30,555 nt of DNA from Macrostomum lignano (lineage: Eukaryota). The notes beneath the pieces are model-generated. The model did no database searches and was not told the origin of the DNA. It was given only the letters and a program-made list of their open reading frames with translations. A program made the position numbers and the translations under genes. The first letter of the stretch is position 1; every line of letters starts with the position of its first letter. The stretch is from assembly GCA_002269645.1 (NCBI GenBank), contig NIVC01000057.1:1-30555 (forward strand), read 5' to 3'. This document shows positions 21,319 through 30,555 of this stretch, piece after piece.

Positions 21319-24300
21319 AGCAGGACCGATTAGTTACTAGTAGACAGCACCAAATATTAACTAGAAGTATTGGATTCAAGCAGACAAGTAGTTAAAATGA
21401 CTAAAGGTAATAAATAGTTAGCGAAAGTTAAATCTGTGCGAATATTTGCACGTGTTAATGTGATACTTTGATTTAGTCCTGATATATTAACTGTTATACC
21501 ATAATTTTAAACGTTTTGATACGTCTAAACGTGAAATACTTGAAAACGTCGAAACGTTTGAAGCAGTATAAGCTACTCGAACGCAGTTTACGTATAGTTA
21601 AAGTTTGATGTGGCTCAAACTCAAAGCTAGTCTATTTTTGAACATTGAACACATCAAAAAGTTTGATCACGTGGCTTATTAAAGACTTTTATCGCAATCA
21701 CGCAGTCGATAATGTCACTTTTAAATTATTCGGCTTTGCTTGGGTTTCTATTGTGTAAAAAAGCAATATTCTTATTTGAAACGATTAAAGATGACGTTTT
21801 TACTATTTAAATTTTAGTTAGTTAAACATTTTTTCTACGTAGCTACCATTTCAAGAGGCTGATTCACAGATTTTCAGTGGCAAAAGCATGCAATCATTCT
21901 TGCATGCTAGCATAGTAACCATAGATTTTTTTAAGTTTAAGAGATTATTTATTCTGCACACGGACATGTAATATTTTTTACTATTCATGGCCTTTTTAAG
22001 CGTCTTAACTTTAACTCGATCTTAAGTCTGTTGTTTATGACCAAAAAGCGATATAAATGTTACCGAAGCTTTCCAAAATGTTTATTAGTGTGATCAGACT
22101 CAGAATGAATGAGCTTTTGAAAAAAATTAAGGATATTTATGATATTGTTCGTTTTCTTTAATCAGATGTTTCAAAGCAAAACGCATTTTGTTGTTTTGTG
22201 ATTTTTGTTTAAACGCGCCTAAATTATTTCTTAATTCACGTGCCTAAGCGCACATATTAAAAAGCAATTTGGTAATTTTTTAATTGTTTTACTAATTCGG
22301 ATTATCGATCCAACATCTTAGTAAAAATATCATGACAGCTCATGTATTGCATTTTAAATCTCTGGAGGAAATGGCGCTTACGTACCGGAAAGATTATATT
22401 TAAATCAATTTTCTTTATGGTCTGTCAATATTACTGCATACACAATTTCAGTAGCGTGTTAAGCGAATTTCCCGTTTTTATATTTCTTTCACGCACATTA
22501 TACTTTGGTGTGGACTTTTCACTTTCACTATCAATTTGTAATATGTTTACTTTGAAATAGCTACTTTTGCTTATTTTGTGGGTTGTTTTTCTGACTCTTT
22601 CTATCTATTTATATCTGCATGCATTATTTATTGTAAATTGTGTTTTACTACTGCTAGCAACCATATCCTGCGTATTTTAACCAAAATTGGCAAGGTTGAC
22701 TTTCTCTTTTAGTAGTTTCTGTGATAAATGAAATCTAGTCAAACTGGTATTTCGTGTTGTTACTAAGTCTCCTTACAAATTGTTTATGAATTTTCCCTTT
22801 GCTATACAATATATGCATTATTTTTTGTGATGGACCGATATCTTAACCACGATTTTTTTAGACTGAGGTACAACTTCTTTTCATAAAGATGGTGAATTGG
22901 TATTGCTGCTTATTTAATTTCTATATCTGTGTTTATGTATTTGACCCTATGGCTATTCTGTAAGCGTCGCTATTATCCATGTTTCCTTGAACTATCTTTT
23001 TGTATTATATACACAAATTATTCACAAAATATGTTGTTTTCTAGAAATATATATTAAAAATATGCATAAAAATATGAGCAATTTTTGCTGCTGGTTTTAT
23101 ATTTGGTGTCGGATTTCGCTAACATATATATCCTGCAATAAAGCTTTTCTTTTGTGCTCATTTTTTGTTTTGATTATAAAACTCTTACTAAAGCTGCAAG
23201 TTTTCTATTGTCTTTTTGTTTTTGTGCGACGTTTTGCTTTTTAAAAAAAGTTTTGTAAATTTTGTTTACGGATTTTTAAAACTGCGAATATGATGGTTTG
23301 GTTTGGTTTCTTCCGTTATTCAATCACATTTTTTTGCGCGCCTAGTCCAGCTGACTGGATTTGTTTTATCCGCTCCGATTTAAAAAAAGTCTCTTTTGGT
23401 ATTGTCAAATATGAATTTTTAATCAGTGCATCATCTGTGTCTCGATCTCGTCTGGCTTTTGATATCCTTTTGTTTTTATACGATTTTACTTGCAATAGCT
23501 TAACTCTGCGTATTTGATCCTTTTTGTTAATTTTGTTTTTTTTGTTCCAGGAATAGCGGGCGATTCTTTTTTCAGCTATCAGTTTAACAATAATCACGTC
23601 TCCTTTGAGCACTATTTTATACACTGTTTATTGTAGTTTTATTCGTTTCGTGTTTGCCAATCAGCATATTTATATATACGAACCCTATTATGCTATAATC
23701 TTCTAATGGTTTTGGAATTTTATGCTTTTTTATACTACTCTGATTGGTACATTTTACACACAGTCTTTTCTTAAAGCTTGAAAATATTCTTGACTCCTAA
23801 TTAGGCGACTCTTTTTATCACTAAACTGTCTTCATTAATCTTGCAGTAATAGACGCCATGGCTATAGAGGCAGAATATATCGATAGTTTTTCAGGAAAAA
23901 AGAAACTATGGAACCTCTATAAAACAATTGTAATCGCTTGTGAGTTAAAATATTACGAACATGCCTAAGAATTGCACTTGTTTAGCGCAAGGTGCTAGCA
24001 AGAATGTTAGGCCACCGTTATTTACATGCACGTGTGATCGTGTAAAACAATTTGCGCTAATGTCACGAACTTTAAACAAAAACTAAATACCTATAGTAAT
24101 TATTACTTTAATTATGCTTAAATTATTACTTTTTACTATTAATATACAATTACTGTACTTTATATATAGTATTATACAGCTATACTCTTCTTTAATTTGT
24201 ATAACGAGCGTAAATTATAATATATACGGTTTCGTGTAATAGCGCAAACAATAGTTTACATGGTCCTGGGTAAATAACTACTGTTAATATTAATTTGTAA

Positions 24301-24818
24301 GAGAAAAGTAAATTAGTTTCTTATTCAATCCATATATCTTTGTCTGCAACTGCTGCGTTCAGCTTTTAGTACTGGAGAAAAAAATTCATTTTTTTTGTTT
24401 TATACTGCAGTTACCAAGATATTCAAGCTATGTTGTTTACTGGAATTGAAGTTCTTTGTCTATGGTTCTATCCTTTATAACTGTGTTTCTTCTTTTCATT
24501 TTTCGCACCAAAATCAATATGATTTATATAAAAGTGAAAGTAAAATGATTTTTAACTATCAGCAAGATCATGCAGTCACGTTATGATGGTTATTCAATTT
24601 TTATTGCTATACTAACAACTTACTAATCTTTTTATGCTATTTTTCATTAAATATATATTATTGTTTGTTTGATAAAACCAATATTAAAATGTCTATTGTT
24701 TGTTACACAGAAATCCGAAGTTTGTTTTTATCGTATTAGGTTTTTAGACCTTCGGTATTGTCGATTTAATAAAATAATAATAAATCGTATTCGAATTGTT
24801 TTTGGCGTCTGCCTGTCG

Positions 24819-25039
24819 TTTTGGGGCGGTCGTGTTTTGGGGGTGGCGTGTTTTGGGATTGACGTGTTTTGGTTGGTGGCGTGACGTGTTTTGGGTGGCG
24901 TGTTTTGGGGTGGCGTGTTTTGGGGTGGCGTGTTGTTTTGGGGTGGCGTGTTTTGGGGTGGCGTTTTGGGGTGGCGTGTTTTGGGGTGGCGTGTTTTGGG
25001 GTGGCGTGTTTTGGGGTGGCGTGTTTTCGGTGTGGCGTG
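24819..25039. repeat. 15-bp G-rich minisatellite (TTTTGGGGTGGCGTG)
   Basis: About 14 copies, degenerate at the 5' edge. Confidence 0.95.
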
Positions 25040-25745
25040 CAAGTAATCTTGGGGTGTGACGTTTTTAGTGGTTGTACATGTACGTGTCAATTGGGGGCTT
25101 TGTGGGTTGCTGTGGATATACATGTACATGAATTTTACATGTACATGTGTACATGCAGATGTACATTATACATGTATAGCTAGTGGAACTGGTGTTACTA
25201 TACCATGTAGCTGTTTAGTTGGCACGCGCGTTGCTGACTTGATAATTCAGACACAGTAACTCGTATAGGCATCCGTTGGGTCGCCAGGGGCTAGAGAAAT
25301 GGGCGGTCTCCTCTGCCTGATCGCTGCATCGGCCGGACGCCCCCTGCAGCTAAGTCAAGAGCATAGGCATCCGTTGCATGCCCATGTATGGTGTTTAAAT
25401 GGGATTTTGTTTACACATTTAATGCTCTGCACACGTGCGTTTTGGTTAATTGAGTCAATAAAACAATTGACTTCGCGTTTTGTAATTGGCGTGGCTATTC
25501 TGGGAATTGGAAACTGCAGGGTAGCAACTTCCAAGCCTGTAGAGCCAGTTCCAACACATATACACGGCTTTAAATGTTTTGTCAAACAAATTTAAAAGCA
25601 TTCCCATTTTAACCTGGTGAGTGCACGAGTAGATAAAAGAGTTGCCGGTAGCTAAGACACCTGCTAGAAAGCGCCTTAAAGGAAGGGTTTCTACAATATC
25701 AGGCCTACTGCTAATTTCGAGGTCTAGGAGACAGACCTGAGAAAC

Positions 25746-26726
25746 ATGCTAATTCTACTGCTCGCATCGCTTCTGAGCAGCCCTTACTCAGCCTCGGGCC
25801 AGATCGCGCAGCAGTGCACCGGCGGTCTCCGTCGCTACCAAAACTACAGCCTGCAGCCGGACTGCAGCGAATCCAGCAGCACAGCTGATGAAGCAGGCGA
25901 CTCTGTCACGGTGGCCACCTCAAGCCCACTCACCTGTGCACTCATTGCCAGCCAGAATGCCACAGCTGCTCCAGCTGCACTCGTCATGATGAGCTCACCA
26001 AACCACAACTCCATCAGCGAGTGCCGCATCGTCTCTGCTTCGTGCCAGCGCTTCAAGCTGATCAACAAGTCGGAATCAGCTCGGCGACCGACTCCCGTGC
26101 TTGTTCTGGTGAGGTCAGCTGACTCAAAGGCGTTCCTTGTGTTCTCAATCAAGGCCGGCAGCGGAGTGAAGTCGTGGAAGCTTTTCGCAGGCGGCGATGC
26201 GGCGTCCAGCAGCGAGCGGCTGCTGCTGCAGTCGATGGATTCCCCTCTGCTGCCGGACAGCTTCAGGTCTGGCCTGCTGGACAGGATGCCGAGTCTGCTG
26301 CGAGCCCTGGCCTTCAAGCAGCTCATTGTGTGCGTGTACAGGCCTGGCGGGGAGCTGGCGGTGAAGCTGGTGTTCGACATCTCCGGTCTGGGCGACTCCA
26401 TCGACAGGGAGAACTGGTTCCACTGGAGCCACCTCGTCTACAGCTGGCCCGTGCCCGACTTGAGAAACCGGTCGTTTGATATATTCAGCATTAAAGGTCA
26501 TGACGGTTACGATTTAAGATTCTTCATAAACTTCATCTCCGGTGGCTGTGACAAATCACGGGGGCTGTTGTTTGCATACGATTCTCGAGCTTACAACTGC
26601 GACTGGCTTAACAGCTTACCTGGTCAGCCGCCTTGGATTATTTTTAATAACGGAGGAGACCCTAACTACAAATGGAGCGGCGAGTCGGCTGAGGCTGCAG
26701 AGTACCTGACAGTCTGGGCTCGCTGA
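25746..26726 (+). CDS. Intronless, probably secreted 326-aa protein of unknown function
   Basis: 981-nt GC-rich ORF; signal-peptide-like MLILLLASLLSSPYSASG; Cys-containing N-terminal region; globular-looking C-terminal region (ENWFHWSHLVYSW, FSIKG, RFFINFISGGC, CDW). Confidence 0.8.
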   Translation: MLILLLASLLSSPYSASGQIAQQCTGGLRRYQNYSLQPDCSESSSTADEAGDSVTVATSSPLTCALIASQNATAAPAALVMMSSPNHNSISECRIVSASCQRFKLINKSESARRPTPVLVLVRSADSKAFLVFSIKAGSGVKSWKLFAGGDAASSSERLLLQSMDSPLLPDSFRSGLLDRMPSLLRALAFKQLIVCVYRPGGELAVKLVFDISGLGDSIDRENWFHWSHLVYSWPVPDLRNRSFDIFSIKGHDGYDLRFFINFISGGCDKSRGLLFAYDSRAYNCDWLNSLPGQPPWIIFNNGGDPNYKWSGESAEAAEYLTVWAR

Positions 26727-26831
26727 GCACACCGGGAGGATATGAGATATACATGTAAGAGTCAGGGATGAAGGTATGGATCCAGGATAGCGCTTAGTAT
26801 TGAGGATTTGAGGTTACAGAAAGTACATGTA

Positions 26832-27189
26832 TAGGATTGAGGATGTGGGATTGAGGATAATAGGATTGAGGATAATAGGATTGAGGATAATAGGATTGAG
26901 GATATGGGATTAAGGATATGGGGTTGAGGATATGGGATTGAGGATAATGGGATTGAGGATATGGGATAGAGGATATGGGATTGAGGATATGGGGTTGAGG
27001 ATATGGGGTTGAGGATATGGGGTTAAGGATATGGGATAGAGGATATCGGATTAACGATATGGGGTTGAGGATAATGGGATTGGGAATAATAGGATTGCGG
27101 ATGTGGGATTGAGAATAATAGGATTGAGGATATGGGATTGAGGATATGGGGTTGAGGATAATGGGATTGAGGATATGGGATTGAGGATG
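26832..27189. repeat. 14-15-bp minisatellite (GGGATTGAGGATAT / GGATTGAGGATAATA)
   Basis: About 24 variant copies. Confidence 0.95.
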
Positions 27190-27460
27190 ATACATGTATT
27201 TACGCTTTTTCGTGCAACGACAGACATGATCTACTAATCTAATATAATCTACATGCATGTAGTAATACTAATAATATTATACTAATACAATTTTTATTTA
27301 AACAGTCATACAGTCACAGAGAATAGGGGATCACAGAGTTACAGATAATCATTGAGTCACGCATTACATGTAGGAGCCATAGGTTAAGCCAGTCACAGAT
27401 AGGCTCATAATTGTCACATACATGCAAGGGTAAAACCCTTATAAAGTCATGCACAATGGT

Positions 27461-28380
27461 TACAAAGTCACAGATAGGGTCATAGAGCCACAGATAGGGT
27501 CATAGAGCCACAGATAGGGTCATAGAGCCACAGATAGGGTCATAGAGCCACAGATAGGGTCATAGAGCCACAGGTAGGGTCATAGAGCCACAGATAGGGT
27601 CATAGAGCCACAGATAGGGTCATAGAGCCACAGATAGGGTCAAAGAATCACACCTGGGTCAATAGAGTCACATATAGCGTCATAGAGTCACAGATAGGGT
27701 CATAGAGCCACAGGTAGGGTCATAGAGCCACAGATAGGGTCAAAGAATCACACCTGGGTCAATAGAGTCACATATAGCGTCATAGAGTCACAGATAGGGT
27801 CATAGAGCCACAGATAGGGTCAAAGAATCACACCTGGGTCAATAGAGTCACATATAGCGTCATAGAGTCACAGATAGGGTCATAGAGCCACAGATAGGGT
27901 CAAAGAATCACACCTGGGTCAATAGAGTCACATATAGCGTCATAGAGTCACAGATAGGGTCATAGAGCCACAGGTAGGGTCATAGAGCCACAGATAGGGT
28001 CAAAGAATCACACCTGGGTCAATAGAGTCACATATAGCGTCATAGAGTCACAGATAGGGTCATAGAGCCACAGATAGGGTCAAAGAATCACACCTGGGTC
28101 AATAGAGTCACATATAGCGTCATAGAGTCACAGATAGGGTCATAGAGCCACAGATAGGGTCAAAGAATCACACCTGGGTCAATAGAGTCACATATAGCGT
28201 CATAGAGTCACAGATAGGGTCATAGAGCCACAGGTAGGGTCATAGAGCCACAGATAGGGTCAAAGAATCACACCTGGGTCAATAGAGTCACATATAGCGT
28301 CATAGAGTCACAGATAGGGTCATAGTGCCACTGATAGGGTCAGAGTCACAGATAGGATAATAGTCACAGATAGGGTCATA
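27461..28380. repeat. 20-bp minisatellite (CATAGAGCCACAGATAGGGT) with higher-order repeats
   Basis: 20-bp monomers organised into 80- and 100-bp blocks; degenerate flanks on both sides. Confidence 0.97.
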
Positions 28381-29029
28381 AAGTCACAAAGGTTCATTAA
28401 AATGTCACATAAGGTCATAAAGTCACACAAAGGTTCATAAAAAGTCACAGATACGGTTATTGTTTCAAGAAGTCAAGGCTTGATAAAAAAGATTGCAAAT
28501 AAAAACACCCGACCGTCATTGCAAGTTGCGATCAAGCAAAAATGTGCTGAAATTCAAATATTTGGTTTATTTTCATTTTTTGTCCGCGAAATAAATTGAT
28601 ATTTAATTAAAACTTTTTTAGGATAAAGCGAAATTGTAAATAAAAATGAACAAATCAGTTCAAAGCGGGGTGTCTAGATTATTCAGTTTAAGGATAAATT
28701 AAAGAAGCAGGATATTTTATTGAGTAGTACAAACATAATTATGATAAAGAAAATCGAGGCAGAAGCTATATAAAAATTGCAACATACTATTGGTCAGAAT
28801 GTGGCTAATCCTTCAGCTGCGATACCCTGGCTTGAATTATTAAATTTGGTAAAAGAAATGTTTATGAATTGCTAGCAAAAATCGTAAACTAAAAATTGCT
28901 ATCAATAAAGCCAATTAAAAAATTGTTCACACGATAAAAACGATAAAACGTTTTTCTTACTACTAGTTAAATAGAAGTTAGTAGCCTGATTAGCGTATTT
29001 TCGGATTATTTTAAAAGCGGCGAGAAAAA

Positions 29030-29475
29030 TCAATAAATTGCTCGCCAGCCCGACAAGACGGCGGCGGGCAGCAGCAGCGCAACGGCGGAGGCGCCGCCGG
29101 CGCTGCCCAAAGCGCCGCAGGTGTCGCCGGGGACGTCGACGAGAAAGCCGGAGTCTCCGGAAGCTCGGCCGCGCCGGTCGAAAGTCCGATAGACCAGTCG
29201 ATTCGCGCCGGGCCTGTGCGGCGAGTTCAGCGGCTGCGGCGGCCGGTAATTGTCCACCATGGCCTTGCCGCTCGGGTAGCGCAGCGAGCGGAGCAGCTTG
29301 AGCTGGCGGGCGCTCACCTGTGACGCCGAGCGGAAGACGGTCCACAGCACGTTCTCGTTGCAGGTCGGCGTGGTCAGGCCGCCTTCGTAGCGATAGAAAT
29401 AGCGCCGGTACTTCGGCAGGAAGGCGTCAACAAAGTTGAAGTCGGAGGAGTTGAACTTCACGTCCACGGATGTCT
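29030..29475 (-). CDS. Alpha-carbonic anhydrase (CA4-like, probable GPI anchor), terminal exon
   Basis: Acceptor TTCTAACCGCAG|AG; FYRYEGGLTTPTCNENVLWTVF and MVDNYRPPQPLN are alpha-CA motifs; small residues then a hydrophobic C-tail (GSAGGASAVALLLPAAVL); stop TGA 29032-29030. Confidence 0.92.
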
Positions 29476-29489
29476 CTGCGGTTAGAATT

Positions 29490-30322
29490 GATTTGATGGG
29501 GTGGGATTTGATGGGGTGAGATTTGATGGGGTGAGATTGGATGGGGTGGGATTTGATGGGGTGGGATTTGATGGGGTGAGATTGGATGGGGTGAGATAGG
29601 ATGCGGTGAAATTGGATGGGGTGAGATTGGATGGGGTGAGATTTGATGGGGTGAGATTTGATGGGGTGGGATTTGATGGGGTGAGATTGGATGGGGTGAG
29701 ATTTGATAGGTGAGATTTGATGGGGTGAGATTGGATGGGGTGAGATTTGATGGAGTGGGATTTAATGGGGTGAGATTTGATGGGGTGAGATTGGATGGGG
29801 TGAGATTGGGTGGGGTGAGATTGGATGGGTGGGATTTGATGGGGTGAGATTGATGGGGTGAGATTTGATGGGGTGGGATTTGATGGGGTGGGATTTGATG
29901 GGTGGGATTTGATGGGGGGGATTTGATGGGTGGATTTGATGGGGTGAGATTTGATGGGGTGAGATTTGATGGGGTGGATTTAATGGGGTGAGATTGGGAT
30001 TGTGGGGTGAGATTTGATGGGGTGGGATTTGATGGGGTGATTTGATGGGGTGAGATTTGATGGGGTGGGATTTGATGCGGTGAATTGATGGGGTGAGATT
30101 TGATGAGACTGGGATTATAATGGGGTGAGATTGGATGGGGTGAGATTGGGTGGGGTGAGATTGGATGGGGTGGGATTTGATGGGGTGAGATTTGATGGGG
30201 TGAGATTTGATGGGGTGATTTGATGCGGTGAAATTGGATGGGGTGAGATTTGATGAGACTGGGATTATATGTGGTGAGATTAGATAGGATGAGATTATAG
30301 ATGGGATTAGATTGGATGGGGT
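29490..30322. repeat. 15-bp G-rich minisatellite (GATTTGATGGGGTGA/G) in the carbonic anhydrase intron
   Basis: About 55 copies with TTG/TGG and GTGA/GTGG variants. Confidence 0.96.
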
Positions 30323-30412
30323 AAGACTAGCTAAAATGAGACCAGATGAGATGAGATTCAAATAATTGTCCATGTCCAATTAGGATCAAATAAGCAGAGG
30401 TGGCAGACTCAC

Positions 30413-30555
30413 TGAAATTGACCAGCTGAGGCAGGTAGGGCTCCAGCCGCAGCAGCAGGGGGTTATCAGTGTCGGACAATTCGTAGAAAACACCAGCACA
30501 GCGAGGCCGCCAACTCTGTGCACTGCAACGCTGAAATTGTCATAATCGTAGCTGT
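30413..30555 (-). CDS. Alpha-carbonic anhydrase, penultimate exon (truncated by window edge; apparent frameshift near 30491-30494)
   Basis: SYDYDNFSVAVHRVGGLAVL in one frame, then GVFYELSDTDNPLLLRLEPYLPQLVNF in another; donor A|GTGAGT at 30412 (phase 1) matches the acceptor at 29476. Confidence 0.8.

Noticed and set aside
23316-23624. 102-aa Lys/Arg-rich minus-strand ORF
   Set aside because: Non-ATG start in T-rich DNA, where A-rich antisense codons give K/N/I bias; no motif recognised.
24819-25039. TTTTGGGG ciliate-telomere-like sequence
   Set aside because: The octamer is only part of a 15-bp unit, is not contiguous and is internal.

Overview
Eukaryotic (animal) genomic DNA: GC-rich exons, GT-AG introns and AT-rich intergenic tracts, with roughly a third of the window made of about 14 unrelated tandem arrays that fill almost every long intron. 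This architecture suggests a flatworm such as Macrostomum lignano, but that is inference only. Five protein-coding genes can be reconstructed. (1) A 4-exon type II membrane GT32/DXD glycosyltransferase (+, 1704-3745, 421 aa). (2) UFC1, the UFM1-conjugating E2 (-, 2 exons, 167 aa). (3) A CPEB2/3/4 (Orb2-type) RNA-binding protein with a Q/G/S-rich N-terminus (+, 4 coding exons, 11370-21056, about 543 aa). (4) An intronless secreted 326-aa protein of unknown function (+). (5) The 3' end of a CA4-like, probably GPI-anchored alpha-carbonic anhydrase (-), carrying an apparent 1-nt frameshift. A tRNA-derived CORE-like SINE lies in CPEB intron 1. The most striking unexplained structure is a phased array (mostly 32-35 bp spacing) of palindromic RTCACGTGAY (E-box/CLEAR-type) cores with diverged spacers just before the last CPEB exon. 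Other notable items are a Pumilio/CPE/hexamer cassette in the CPEB 3' UTR, a splice acceptor buried in a GATA microsatellite, and multi-level higher-order repeats. No bacterial system or CRISPR array is supported. All exon structures are manual predictions without transcript evidence.
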